Origin: Candidatus Latescibacterota bacterium
GTDB lineage: Bacteria > Latescibacterota > UBA2968 > GCA-2709665
DNA: 64,000 bases
Direction: 5' to 3'
NCBI GenBank assembly: GCA_963662665.2
Contig: CAXXJS010000025.1
Location: forward strand, 64,001 to 128,000
The notes below the pieces were generated by a model. The model made no database searches and was not told the DNA's origin. It was given only the letters and a program-made list of their open reading frames with translations. Shown here piece by piece: positions 40,628 to 50,849 of the stretch (positions within the stretch are counted from its first letter, which is position 1; the number at the start of each line of letters is the position of its first letter). The position numbers and the translations under genes are program-made.

Positions 40628-43600
40628 ATGGACGACTATGCCGACCCGCGCCTTCTGCGGCTGGCCGCGATAGCCTCGCAGACGGCGAATCTGATCGTTG
40701 TTATGCTGTCCATCCTGGTTCTGTCCGGATGGCTGGTCAGCGCACCCGTTGCCGAATGGATGTCGTTATTAACCGCGGGGATGTTCGTGCTCAGCGGCGC
40801 GGCGCTGTGGCTGTTGCGGAGCGGGAAGTCGTCCGCGCGGAGGCAGTTCCTCGGGAAGGCAATCGGCGCGGTTGTGGTGGTCTTCGCGATTCTGGAACTG
40901 GTTGGGGCGGGCCCTGAACTCATCGGCTTTGGCGCAGGCGCGGGACATATGCTGCGCGATGAGGCCTGCAACTTCGCCCTGATCGGCCTTGCATTGTTCC
41001 TGTGGCATTTCCGGATTCGGGAAATCGCCTGGCCGGCGCAGGCGTGTCTGTCGGTCGCCGCCATCCTTTCCGCGGGTTATGCGGTTGGCCACTTCTATCA
41101 CGCGGTCTCCCCCAGAGAAGTGTCATGGGACGTGCATCTGAGCGTCTTTACCACTCTGGCGTTCGGACTATTGTGCATCGGCATGTTTCTGTCACGGCCG
41201 GACCTGGAACCCACGACAACCATTGTCAGCAACACTGCCGGCGGATCGATGGCGCGCAGGCTGCTGCCGGCCGCTTTTCTGATTCCACTGGCGCTGGGCT
41301 GGCTCTGGCCCCACGGCGAAGGAATTCTGGGGTTCGAGTCCGGAATGTCCCTGTTTTCGCTGGGGGTCATCGTAGCGCTCAATATACTGATCTGGTGGTA
41401 CGCCCGGTCTCTCGCCGACGTGGATTCCGAACGGAAACGGTCGGAGCTGGCATTGCGGGAGAGCGAGGCCCGGCTAAAGCTGGCCATGGAAGCCGCCCAC
41501 ATGGGGAGTTGGGATTCCAATCTGCTGACCGGGGAACTGGTCTGGTCCGACCTGGTGGCGCCGTTGTTCGGGCTTACTCCGGAAATGTTCGAGGGTACGC
41601 GGGAGGCGTTTTATGTACTGGTGCACCCGGAAGACCGGACGATGGTCCGCAGCGCAGTGCGACGAACGATCAAGGAAGGCGTGGATTTCGAGGTGGAGCA
41701 CCGGGTTGTATGGCCGGACGGGACGATCCGATGGCTGGGGAACAAGGGACGCGTCTTCGGCGACACCGCGGGACAGAACGTGCATATGATCGGCACTGTC
41801 CGGGACATCACGCTGCGCAAGCGCGCCGAGATGCAACTTCAGGAAAAGAACCGCGAACTTGAAAAGACAGCGGCGGCCGAGCGTGAAGCCAACGAGGCGC
41901 TGAAAAAGAGTACGGCCGCCCTGGAGCGTTCGGGGGGTGAGTTGCAAAAGGCAAAGGACGCCGCAGAGCAGGCAAATCGGGCGAAGAGCGAGTTTCTTGC
42001 CAACATGAGCCACGAAATCCGGACGCCCATGAACGGCATTATGGGCATGACGGAGTTGCTGGGCAACACCGAGTTGACGCCCCAACAGCTGGAATACCTC
42101 AAGTTGAGTCGGCAGTCTTCCGAGGCATTGCTGGCGCTCCTGAACGATATTCTCGACTTTTCCAAGCTCGAGGTGGACAGGCTGGAGCTGGAATTGATCG
42201 GCTTCGACCTCCGGGATACGCTGGGGGACACCGTGCAGACCCTCGCGGTCAAAGCCACGCAAAAGGGGCTGGAACTGGCCTGCCATATCGCGCCGGACGT
42301 TCCGGACAGGCTGGTCGGCGACCCGGGCCGTTTGCGGCAGATCGTGATCAACCTGGTGGACAACGCCATCAAGTTCACGACGACGGGAGATGTGCTGGTT
42401 GACGTCAAGGTGGACTCCCGGGATGAAGAAAAGGTCGGCCTGAGGTTTTTTGTCCGCGATACGGGCATCGGCATCGCGCCGGAAGACCAGCAACCCATTT
42501 TCGATTCTTTCAGCCAGGTGGACTCTTCGACCTCCAGGCGATTTGGCGGTACCGGCCTGGGCCTGGCGATTTCGTCTCAATTGTCGTCAATGATGGGCGG
42601 ACGGATGTGGGTGGAAAGCGAACTGGACAAAGGGAGTACGTTTTATTTCACGGCGCAATTCGACGCCCAGCCTCAGCTGGCGAAGCGGTCTGCGGCCGAC
42701 CTCCAGAGCCTGGTGGGACTCCGCGCGCTGGTGGTGGACAACAACCGTACGAACCGGTTTATTTTCGAGGAGATGCTTGGAACCTGGGGTATGAAAATCG
42801 ATGTGGCGGATTCGGGGCCGGCTGCGCTGGACACGGTTCGCACGGCCGGGACGACGGGTCTGCCGTACAACCTGTTTCTGCTGGATGCAGTGATGCCGGA
42901 TATGGACGGGTTCGCGCTGGCTGAGCGTCTCAGGCAGGATCCCGTGACGAAGGATGTGCCGATCCTGATTCTTTCGTCCGCGGGGAGAACGCACGACGCG
43001 GTGCGATGTGACGCGCTGGGGCTTGCCAGGTGTCTGACAAAGCCGGTCAAGCAGTCCGACCTGCTCGATGCCACGTTGGCGGCACTCGATGTGAGTGTTG
43101 TCGAGACCGCGGACGTACCGACAATGGCGGAACCGTTACCGCCCGCCGCCAGGCGCCGCGTCCTGTTGGCAGAGGACGGCGCGGTAAACCGGAAAGTGAT
43201 TGTGGACCTGCTCGAGCCGCGAGGCCACCAGGTAACCGCCGTCAACAACGGCAAGGAGGTTCTCGCGGCGCTGGAGAACGAGACATTCGATCTGATCCTC
43301 ATGGATATCCAGATGCCTGAGATGGACGGTCTGGAGGCAACCCGCATAATCAGGGAGCGTGAAGGGTCGACAGGGGAGCGTATTCAAATTGCGGCGATGA
43401 CGGCGCACGTGATGCAGGGAGACAGGGAGCGGTGTCTGGCGGAGGGGATGGACGATTATCTCCCCAAACCCGTCCGGGCGGGAGATCTCTTCGATGTTGT
43501 GGAGAACAACGTCTCATCAGAACCCGCGTCGTTGGCGGAACCGGGCGATGATGGAGGCGCGCTCGATTGGCAGGGGGCCCTCGAACAGGTTGGCGGGAAC

Positions 43601-43900
43601 GAGGCGATACTGGGCGAACTGGCGGAGCTGTTTGTCACCGAATACGTCAGGCACCTGAAAGAAATGAAACGGGCGATCGGCCACGGCGACAGCACCCTGT
43701 TGCGGCGCGCGGCGCACACGCTGAAGGGTTCGGCGGCCGTATTTCTTGCCAACTCGACCGTCGAGGCCGCGTTGCGGCTGGAAAACATGGCGCGGGAAGG
43801 GGATCTTGAATACGTGAATGAAGCGTTCGCCGCACTCGAACGGGCAGCGGATGAGCTGTTGCCCGCACTGAAGGAAAAAGCGGCTGAGGTTGTTGCGTAG
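40628..43900 (+). CDS. Membrane hybrid sensor histidine kinase (multi-TM, PAS, HisKA, HATPase, 2 REC, HPt)
   Basis: About 7 TM helices; VHPEDR PAS; FLANMSHEIRTPMNG; NAIKFT, DTGIG, GGTGLGL; LDAVMP and MDIQMP receivers; AAHTLKGS HPt. Confidence 0.95.
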   Translation: MDDYADPRLLRLAAIASQTANLIVVMLSILVLSGWLVSAPVAEWMSLLTAGMFVLSGAALWLLRSGKSSARRQFLGKAIGAVVVVFAILELVGAGPELIGFGAGAGHMLRDEACNFALIGLALFLWHFRIREIAWPAQACLSVAAILSAGYAVGHFYHAVSPREVSWDVHLSVFTTLAFGLLCIGMFLSRPDLEPTTTIVSNTAGGSMARRLLPAAFLIPLALGWLWPHGEGILGFESGMSLFSLGVIVALNILIWWYARSLADVDSERKRSELALRESEARLKLAMEAAHMGSWDSNLLTGELVWSDLVAPLFGLTPEMFEGTREAFYVLVHPEDRTMVRSAVRRTIKEGVDFEVEHRVVWPDGTIRWLGNKGRVFGDTAGQNVHMIGTVRDITLRKRAEMQLQEKNRELEKTAAAEREANEALKKSTAALERSGGELQKAKDAAEQANRAKSEFLANMSHEIRTPMNGIMGMTELLGNTELTPQQLEYLKLSRQSSEALLALLNDILDFSKLEVDRLELELIGFDLRDTLGDTVQTLAVKATQKGLELACHIAPDVPDRLVGDPGRLRQIVINLVDNAIKFTTTGDVLVDVKVDSRDEEKVGLRFFVRDTGIGIAPEDQQPIFDSFSQVDSSTSRRFGGTGLGLAISSQLSSMMGGRMWVESELDKGSTFYFTAQFDAQPQLAKRSAADLQSLVGLRALVVDNNRTNRFIFEEMLGTWGMKIDVADSGPAALDTVRTAGTTGLPYNLFLLDAVMPDMDGFALAERLRQDPVTKDVPILILSSAGRTHDAVRCDALGLARCLTKPVKQSDLLDATLAALDVSVVETADVPTMAEPLPPAARRRVLLAEDGAVNRKVIVDLLEPRGHQVTAVNNGKEVLAALENETFDLILMDIQMPEMDGLEATRIIREREGSTGERIQIAAMTAHVMQGDRERCLAEGMDDYLPKPVRAGDLFDVVENNVSSEPASLAEPGDDGGALDWQGALEQVGGNEAILGELAELFVTEYVRHLKEMKRAIGHGDSTLLRRAAHTLKGSAAVFLANSTVEAALRLENMAREGDLEYVNEAFAALERAADELLPALKEKAAEVVA

Positions 43901-44079
43901 TGGATCGAATGTGGAGCATTGCACTACCCTTGGCGCACTATCGGACTTTTTGCATTGTCGTCATCTCCGCTCCACCTGAAGACACGGACAGCCGCCGTGC
44001 CGGAAATTCCACCACCCTATAATATGGCAGTACGTAGAATCTATCTTATCGGGTACGTCTCTTACAACAGGAGTACGAA

Positions 44080-44325
44080 ATGTCAGTGGAATACCAGCTT
44101 CGTCTTCAGATCAGGCGAGTAGAAAACGGCCAATACCTCGCTACCTCCGAAGATTTCGACGGACTGGTGGCGCAGGGACGAACAGTGGCTGAAACGGTTG
44201 AGATTGCTCAAGATGTTGCCAGGAAGCTTGTCGAATCCTGCAGGGAACATGGCGACCCGCTACCGAATGGATTGCATCCGATAGACATGGATATCCTGGA
44301 GTTGGATATTCCCGTAGGTGTTTGA
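44080..44325 (+). CDS. hicB: HicB-family antitoxin (short form)
   Basis: YLATS....GLVAQGRTVAET...A.D. Confidence 0.82.
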   Translation: MSVEYQLRLQIRRVENGQYLATSEDFDGLVAQGRTVAETVEIAQDVARKLVESCREHGDPLPNGLHPIDMDILELDIPVGV

Positions 44326-44549
44326 TGGGCCGGCTCGCGGGTTTCACTTACAGACAGATAATCCAGAGACTAAGGCGGTTGGGATTCACGTTTGACCGAA
44401 ACGCACGAGGCAGTCACGAGATTTGGTGGAACCCCGTTACTCGACATCGAACGACGATTCCCAACCACTCTGGAGATCTGCCGGAGGGTACCGTATCTGC
44501 CATTCTGAAACGAGCCGGAGTAACGGCGGAAGACTTCCTTCGAGCGTAA
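44325..44549 (+). CDS. hicA: HicA-family mRNA interferase toxin
   Basis: LGF..R..GSHE.W..TTIPNH..L..GT...IL; TGATG overlap with hicB. Confidence 0.88.
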   Translation: MGRLAGFTYRQIIQRLRRLGFTFDRNARGSHEIWWNPVTRHRTTIPNHSGDLPEGTVSAILKRAGVTAEDFLRA

Positions 44550-44794
44550 GATTCTGTTAGTCGAATTCGAACTAAGATGATGCCCCCTCAGGGGGCATTC
44601 TTGGTATATTGGGAATGCGAACATCTCAGGCTGATACGATCCTGAACATCGGTATATACAGAGACCTGGAACACATTGCCACAACGGCTCGGCAACACCA
44701 GAATTTGGGTCTAAGAAAACGTATATGAACAGAAAAAGAACGCCTTCGCGGCAGTTGTCTCCATCTGACGAGAGCAGTCTTAAGGAGGCACTGG

Positions 44795-44953
44795 ATGAGG
44801 AGCTTTAGACGTCATCTGAATGAGAAGCTCAAAGATGAGCGATTCAGGCGACTGTATGAGGAAGAGCGACAGCTTACCGAGCTGTCGTTGAAGATCCACC
44901 AACTGCGTGTACGCGTGACGGGGAAATTTCGCAGATGTTCAGGCGGGGCATAA
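44795..44953 (+). pseudogene. Truncated XRE/HigA-type antitoxin (N-terminus only)
   Basis: RBS TAAGGAGG; MRSFRRHLNEKLKDERFRRLYEEERQLTELSLKIHQLR then diverges and stops where the HTH would begin. Confidence 0.6.
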
Positions 44954-45035
44954 TCTTTCCGATGGCAGGTTCAAGAATGATAGACACGATTCAAGGGAAT
45001 CTCAAGAAACGTGTAAACGCATATGGAGATTTCAG

Positions 45036-45482
45036 ATGAACCTTTGCTTCAGACGTATCTTCGTTGTCATCCTTGTGGCCCTGGCCTGGGCCGTGGTATG
45101 GTCGCCGGTTGGCGTGCTGACAGGGATCATCGTGGATCCGGGCGGCTCAATGGATGAAATGTGGGTGGCGATCGGGGCGTATCCCGGATTCCTCTGCGGT
45201 GCGGTCTTTTCCGCGGTGGTGGGGATTGCGGAGGGCCGTCGCAGGCTCAACGAGATCGCGCTTTCGCGAGTCGCCGGCTGGGGAGCCGTGAGCGGTCTGG
45301 TTGTAGGCGTGATTCCGTTTGTTCTTGGAACGGTGAATACCGCCCTTCCGCTCTGGCTGTGGAGCATCGTAACCGTCGGCGCCGTGACGATACTGAGTTC
45401 AGCCTCGGCTTTCGGCACCGCGTCGATTGCCAGGATGGCGAAGAAGCGAGCATTGCACGGCGCGAGTGGGGACGCGGTGTAG
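45036..45482 (+). CDS. Hypothetical 4-TM membrane protein
   Basis: Four hydrophobic segments; RBS GGAG. Confidence 0.7.
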   Translation: MNLCFRRIFVVILVALAWAVVWSPVGVLTGIIVDPGGSMDEMWVAIGAYPGFLCGAVFSAVVGIAEGRRRLNEIALSRVAGWGAVSGLVVGVIPFVLGTVNTALPLWLWSIVTVGAVTILSSASAFGTASIARMAKKRALHGASGDAV

Positions 45483-45506
45483 ACTAAAGCGCCGGAGGAG
45501 AAGACC

Positions 45507-46205
45507 TTGCGCATCTCAGCGATTTCATTTGATGGCGACATGACCCTGTGGGATTTCAATAAGGTCATGAGGCATTCAATGAAACATGCATTGGTGGAAC
45601 TGCGCAGGAAGGTCCCTACAGAACTTGCATCGCGCCTCACAATAGACGAGATGATTGGCATTCGCGATCAGGTTGCCGAGGAATTTAAGGGCAGGGTATG
45701 GAAACTCTCGGAGATCAGACGAATTGCATTTGAGAGGACGCTTGAGCGCGTTGGTTGTCGCGACAGCAGTCTGGCTCTTCGTTTGAATCAGGTATATCGG
45801 AAGCGTCGTTTTGAAGACATCGAGCTGTATCCGGATGTGCTGCCGGCCTTCGATATTCTATCTCCGCATTTCAATATCGGGCTTCTGTCAAACGGGAACA
45901 GCTACCCGGAACACTGTGGACTCGAAGGACATTTTGCCTTTGTCGTGTTTTCACAGGATGTGCGTATCGAGAAGCCCGATCCACGGATCTTTCAGATCAC
46001 CGCGCGCCGGGCGGGCTGTCCGGTTGAGCGGCTTCTGCACGTGGGAGACTCCTTGGAAAACGACGTTGCGGGAGCGCACAATGCGGGAGCGCTTTCTATG
46101 TGGCTGAATCGCGATGGCGTGAGGAACGGCACCGGGATCCAGGCCGATTACGAGATTACTTCGTTGGCCGACATGCCTTTACTATTGGGTATCGGTCGCA
46201 GCTGA
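45507..46205 (+). CDS. HAD-family hydrolase
   Basis: FDGDMTL, LSNG, EKPDP, GDSLENDV. Confidence 0.9.
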   Translation: MRISAISFDGDMTLWDFNKVMRHSMKHALVELRRKVPTELASRLTIDEMIGIRDQVAEEFKGRVWKLSEIRRIAFERTLERVGCRDSSLALRLNQVYRKRRFEDIELYPDVLPAFDILSPHFNIGLLSNGNSYPEHCGLEGHFAFVVFSQDVRIEKPDPRIFQITARRAGCPVERLLHVGDSLENDVAGAHNAGALSMWLNRDGVRNGTGIQADYEITSLADMPLLLGIGRS

Positions 46206-46248
46206 TCTCACACTGAGGATGCGTTTTCCAAAGCATGAGGACACGACA

Positions 46249-46737
46249 ATGAAAAGACTTATTCCAATTATTGCGCTACTGTTGTCCTGCGGTGAAATGG
46301 AAAGCGAAGTAAATCCATTGGTCGGTGAATGGGTCTTTGTTCAACAGGACAATGAAAGACTGATCAGCGCCCTTGTTCACCACTATCGCTCACGTGACCT
46401 TGCTGCCCAAACTGTTAGCGAAATGCCGACGACACTCGACAATTATGTGCTTAAATTCAACGCGGATCTCACATATTCTGATAGTTTTGGCGCAGACGGA
46501 ACCTGGAGTGCAACACAAACTGACGTAACAATGACTGAAAACTATGACATACTTGCAATGCCCTATGTTATCATGGATTCAGAATTAGTGCTTTCTCTCC
46601 GCCGACCAGAAATGTTGATCCTTTTATACAAGAATTTAGGCGATGACAAATATTCAGAAATAGCCACGGTCTACAGAACAGCTATGCCCTACTTTATTGA
46701 TACGCCCCTCGTTCGATTAACTTTTCGCCGTCAGTAA
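46249..46737 (+). CDS. Hypothetical lipoprotein (lipocalin-like), low GC
   Basis: MKRLIPIIALLLSC lipobox; LVGEW and GTW motifs. Confidence 0.65.
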   Translation: MKRLIPIIALLLSCGEMESEVNPLVGEWVFVQQDNERLISALVHHYRSRDLAAQTVSEMPTTLDNYVLKFNADLTYSDSFGADGTWSATQTDVTMTENYDILAMPYVIMDSELVLSLRRPEMLILLYKNLGDDKYSEIATVYRTAMPYFIDTPLVRLTFRRQ

Positions 46738-46809
46738 GATCACAACGCGAAGTAAATCCTCAGCTTACCCAATACGGGAAGGTCAGAGACATTCAGATGG
46801 AGGATCCGA

Positions 46810-47394
46810 ATGGCGGGCTGGATCGAATTCACATTCCCGGTTGAAACAGGAAAGAGTTCTCTGCTTGTTATCGATGACGAACGAGCCGGTCTGCTCGCGG
46901 ACCCCCTTCGGCGGCGCATCCTGGAAACTCTTGGCGAGGGGAAATCCGTAGCGGAGATTTCGTCGAGGTTGGGTGTTACCGATACCCGGATTCTCCGCCA
47001 TCTGGAAAGACTCGCGGAATCAGATGTCGTACATCTTCAAGAGACTGGTAGCGATCCCAGGGCCTGGCGTTGCCTCCCCGCGGCAGCCAGGATTCGAATC
47101 CGGGACACACTTGATGAGACGGCCAAAACCTCCGAGCCTGTACCCTCGGAGGTTGCCTGCCAGTTTAATCAGGCATTTCGCGAAAGTGCGGACGGCATAT
47201 TCGGTCCGAATTTCCAAAGCTCTGTCAACCATAACCGGGCTCGACTCTCTGACGGTCAGGCGTCTGAATTCAACCGTCGGCTCCTGGATCTGATCGAGGA
47301 GTACTTTCCACCCGGCAAGGGAGATCCCACCGGCATCAAGTATGGCTTTTTCGGCGTGCTGACCCCGATTGATCTGCCTCCCATTGAGTCGTGA
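46810..47394 (+). CDS. ArsR-like winged-HTH transcriptional regulator
   Basis: LADPLRRRILETL..SVAEI...LG......HL..L. Confidence 0.8.
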   Translation: MAGWIEFTFPVETGKSSLLVIDDERAGLLADPLRRRILETLGEGKSVAEISSRLGVTDTRILRHLERLAESDVVHLQETGSDPRAWRCLPAAARIRIRDTLDETAKTSEPVPSEVACQFNQAFRESADGIFGPNFQSSVNHNRARLSDGQASEFNRRLLDLIEEYFPPGKGDPTGIKYGFFGVLTPIDLPPIES

Positions 47395-47484
47395 CAGAGC
47401 GTATTGGTCGCGATCTTGTATCGGGATGTAACATATCCCAGTACAGATCCGATACCGAAATAGGCGAGGGACCCGAGAAACACC

Positions 47485-48288
47485 ATGGATGGAAAACGCA
47501 ACCCAGTTCGGATAAAGGCCTTCTGCGTCGGGCAGGCGAAGTCCGGAACGGCATCTCTCGTCGGCCTGCTTTCAACCAATTACCGCGCGGCGCATGAGCC
47601 GGAGCGACCGGAGTTGCTCGATATGATACTCCGCGAGTCCCGCGGCGAACTCTCCGCCGAGGCCTTCCGGAAGTTTCTCCTCGAGCGTGACGTCCGGCTC
47701 AACCTGGAGTATGATGTCTCGTGGGTAAACCAGTTCGTTATAGGCCATCTGCTGGACGTCTTCCCTGCCTCGAAGTTCATCGTTCTCATCCGCGACAGTT
47801 ATTCGTGGCTTCAATCCGCCATCGGGCACGTCATCAGCCGCGAGTTGCCCTCTGAAATCGTAAACTTTCTCCCCTGGTGGATCAATCCGGAATGCTATCC
47901 CCACTCGCGTCAGGATCGTGCGCTTGCGGAACGCGGGCTTTATTCAATTGCGGCCTATCTGCACGCCTGGAACGACCATGTCAACAGGTGTACCCCGCAG
48001 ATCCCTGAGGACCGGCGGCTTGTACTTCGGACCCATGAACTGGCTCATTCGCACGCGCGATTGGCGGACTTCCTGGAAATACCGTTGGATACGCTCGACG
48101 CGGGAAGCGGGCATCAGAACCGCAGCACGTGGGCGGACCGGATCGAGTCCCTCGTCGATCCGGCCTACGTCGACGACATGGTCCAATCGATATGCGCTGA
48201 CAACATGGCCCGTTACTTTCCCGAAGTCAAAAGCGCTCAGGATGTGCCGGGGTTATGGGAAGCCGTACCGCGTGAGCCGGCGACCTGA
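47485..48288 (+). CDS. Sulfotransferase-family protein
   Basis: 5'-PSB loop VGQAKSGTASL, HEP, 3'-PB motif LIRD..SWLQS. Confidence 0.75.
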   Translation: MDGKRNPVRIKAFCVGQAKSGTASLVGLLSTNYRAAHEPERPELLDMILRESRGELSAEAFRKFLLERDVRLNLEYDVSWVNQFVIGHLLDVFPASKFIVLIRDSYSWLQSAIGHVISRELPSEIVNFLPWWINPECYPHSRQDRALAERGLYSIAAYLHAWNDHVNRCTPQIPEDRRLVLRTHELAHSHARLADFLEIPLDTLDAGSGHQNRSTWADRIESLVDPAYVDDMVQSICADNMARYFPEVKSAQDVPGLWEAVPREPAT

Positions 48289-48343
48289 TTGCGTTTTTCG
48301 AACGGCCGGACTTCATTCAAGATGAAGGAAGACGAAAAAAACG

Positions 48344-49126
48344 ATGGTCCGTACCGCGGTTAAGGCGATTCTATTCGATCTTGACGAAACCCTCATTCTC
48401 GAAAAACCGATTGCGCTCAGAGCGCTCGAGCTGACCGGACAGCGCGCGAACGACGTGGCCGGCGTGGATCCATCCGAACTCAGAGATCGAGTCCTGGACC
48501 GGGCCGGCGAACTCTGGCGCTCGACGCCGGTAATCGACTACTGCCGCCGCGTCGGGATCAGCTCCTGGGAAGGCTTGTGGTGCGAGTTCGCCGGAGAAAA
48601 TGAGGACCTCGTCTGGCTGCGTGAGTGGTCTCCAAAGTACCGGTTTGAGACGTGGTCTCGGGCGCTGAACGACATGGGTGTCGATGACGAACGGCTGGCT
48701 CGAACCCTCGCAGACGACTTCGTCGAGATCCGGAGAGGACTGTTCGAGTACTTTCCGGAGACAATCGCGATTCTGGATGAACTCAAAGGCGCCGTTCGAT
48801 TGGTTCTCGCGACAAATGGCGCGTCCGATCTTCAGAGACTCAAGCTCGAGACCAGCGGTCTGGCGGGCTACTTTGACGACGTTCTTGTCTCGGGAGACGT
48901 CGGATTCGCCAAACCCCATCCTCATTTCTTCGAGAACGCGCTTCGACTTGCGAATACTGCACCGGAGCAGACACTGATGGTTGGAGACAATCTCCGGAAA
49001 GACGTCGACGGAGCGCAGGAGGCAGGAATCAGGGGAATCTGGTTGAACCGGAGAGACAGGGAACCCGGCGAGATCCAGCCATTCGCGGAGATCGGGAACC
49101 TGCTGGAACTGCGGAACTTCCTTTGA
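48344..49126 (+). CDS. HAD-family hydrolase
   Basis: FDLDETL, TNG, AKPHP, GDNLRKDV. Confidence 0.9.
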   Translation: MVRTAVKAILFDLDETLILEKPIALRALELTGQRANDVAGVDPSELRDRVLDRAGELWRSTPVIDYCRRVGISSWEGLWCEFAGENEDLVWLREWSPKYRFETWSRALNDMGVDDERLARTLADDFVEIRRGLFEYFPETIAILDELKGAVRLVLATNGASDLQRLKLETSGLAGYFDDVLVSGDVGFAKPHPHFFENALRLANTAPEQTLMVGDNLRKDVDGAQEAGIRGIWLNRRDREPGEIQPFAEIGNLLELRNFL

Positions 49127-49167
49127 GCGCGCAAACTGCTCAGCCGACTCACGATGGACCATCTGAC

Positions 49168-49311
49168 ATGAAAAAGCGTGACTTTGACCGACTTGCGGCC
49201 TGCGTCAAGCAGGGAAAGTTGAAGCCAGGGCGCACGACGCAGATCGATCCAGCCGATTTCAGGTTGATCCGAATGAGACTGGATAGGTCTCAACAGGAAC
49301 CGTTTTATTGA
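49168..49311 (+). pseudogene. Truncated NadS-like/XRE HTH antitoxin remnant
   Basis: MKKRDFDRL..CVKQ..KPGR....PAD...IR.RL..SQ.E resembles NadS-type N-termini and ends at the first HTH helix. Confidence 0.5.
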
Positions 49312-49323
49312 ATTGAAACCTTA

Positions 49324-50133
49324 ATGAGCAAGTACGTCAGAAACTTCTACGACTCAGCAACGGAACGCGAGTGGGAACGGTTGGACGCGGGGCTTGCGCG
49401 AATCGAGTTCGCGTCCACCCTGCAGCTCATTGAAAAGTACTTTCCGGCCAACGGCGCCGTATGTGACATCGGGAGCGGGCCGGGTCGTTATTCTATTGAA
49501 CTCGCCAAACGTGGGTACCGGGTAACGTTATTCGATTTATCCAGGAAACTGTTGGAGAGAGCAGAACGAGCGTTTGCAGCGGACGGAGTCACCGCTGAAC
49601 GGTATGTTCAGGGAGATGCACGCGACCTGGGCGTCTTTGATGACGAATCATTCGATGCCGTACTGCTTCTCGGCCCACTGTACCACCTGATCGAGAGGGG
49701 TGATCGATCACTGGCCTTGAGCGAGATGATTCGCATTCTGAAGCCCGGCGGCAGGGCAATTGTCGCCTTCCTCAATTCGTGGGGCTTGCTCAGGACGGGG
49801 GTGGCCGGTTTCCCCCACCGCTTCCGCAATCCCGACTTTCTGCAGAGCTTGCTCGGCGAAAGGACCTTTGACGACCATGAACGCCCTCTCTTCACGGAAT
49901 GTCACTGGTCCAACCCGGAGGTCGCCGCCAAAGAAATCAAGGATGCAGGGCTGCGAATTGTGAGTTATGCCGGAGTCGAAGGCTTCGTCGGAGGCATGGC
50001 TCCACTACTCGAGTCGCTCCGGGAGAGCGAACCGGCGGCATTCGAAAACGTCCTGAAATTTGCCGCAGAAACATCGGAGTTACCTCAGTTCAGGGACGCA
50101 ACAAACCACGTTCACTTTGTCGTCGAGAAGTAA
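49324..50133 (+). CDS. Class I SAM-dependent methyltransferase
   Basis: DIGSGPGRY, FDLS, GDARDL, LGPLYHL, LKPGG. Confidence 0.92.
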   Translation: MSKYVRNFYDSATEREWERLDAGLARIEFASTLQLIEKYFPANGAVCDIGSGPGRYSIELAKRGYRVTLFDLSRKLLERAERAFAADGVTAERYVQGDARDLGVFDDESFDAVLLLGPLYHLIERGDRSLALSEMIRILKPGGRAIVAFLNSWGLLRTGVAGFPHRFRNPDFLQSLLGERTFDDHERPLFTECHWSNPEVAAKEIKDAGLRIVSYAGVEGFVGGMAPLLESLRESEPAAFENVLKFAAETSELPQFRDATNHVHFVVEK

Positions 50134-50286
50134 CGCACACGGATTCGTGGTTTGTTGCCGACCAGGACAGCCGCTCAGTACCGGGTCATTAAATCGCTTT
50201 ACAAGGTGCCATCAGAACGGTAGAGCGGCACGTACGTGCTGGCTACAGTCTATGGTCTGATTGGACCTTTGGACGTTGTTTTATTC

Positions 50287-50320
50287 TTGACGACTGTACT
50301 AAAATTGGTACAGTTACAAT
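50287..50320 (+). promoter_or_regulatory. TA promoter with overlapping palindromic operator
   Basis: TTGACG-16 nt-TACAGT; inverted repeat ACTGTAC-N8-GTACAGT (50293-50314) just before the GTG start. Confidence 0.65.
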
Positions 50321-50321
50321 A

Positions 50322-50849
50322 GTGAACAGACACAGGCCACTACCCGTTCGCTTTTTTCGTACGACGACAGGACGTGAACCGGTCAGAGCCTGGCTGCGCG
50401 GTCTGGACCGCGAATCCAGAAAGATCATTGGTGCCGACGTCAAGACCGTTCAATTCGGGCGGCCTCTTGGAATGCCGCTGGTCCGAAAACTCGAAGGCGA
50501 TCTTTGGGAGGTCCGCTGCAGACTGCCCGATTCAATTGCCCGAGTCGTCTTTACGCTTTACGGTGGCACGATGAGAAAACATATCGGCAGCTATTTCGAT
50601 GAGTTCCTCAAGGAAGAGGGTCTCCTCGGTGAATCAGAAGCGACGGCAGCGAAACGCGTGATTGCGTTTCAGTTGAGCCAGTTCATGAAGGAACACAAGC
50701 TGTCCAAATCCGAGATGGCGAGGCGCATTCAAACCAGCCGGTCGGCGCTGGACCGTCTGTTAGATGCTTCGAATTCCTCGGTAACCCTGCGGACATTGGA
50801 CCGCGCTGCACAAGTTCTCGGCCGACAACTCCGCATCGCGTTGATATAA
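50322..50849 (+). CDS. In-frame fusion of a truncated RelE/Gp49-like toxin and an XRE antitoxin
   Basis: Residues 1-83: FFRT..G.EPVR.WL..GMPLVRKL...LWEVR. From ATG 50571: HIGS.FDEFL.EEG..MA....TSRS.LDRLLD..TL.TL..AA. Confidence 0.75.
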   Translation: MNRHRPLPVRFFRTTTGREPVRAWLRGLDRESRKIIGADVKTVQFGRPLGMPLVRKLEGDLWEVRCRLPDSIARVVFTLYGGTMRKHIGSYFDEFLKEEGLLGESEATAAKRVIAFQLSQFMKEHKLSKSEMARRIQTSRSALDRLLDASNSSVTLRTLDRAAQVLGRQLRIALI

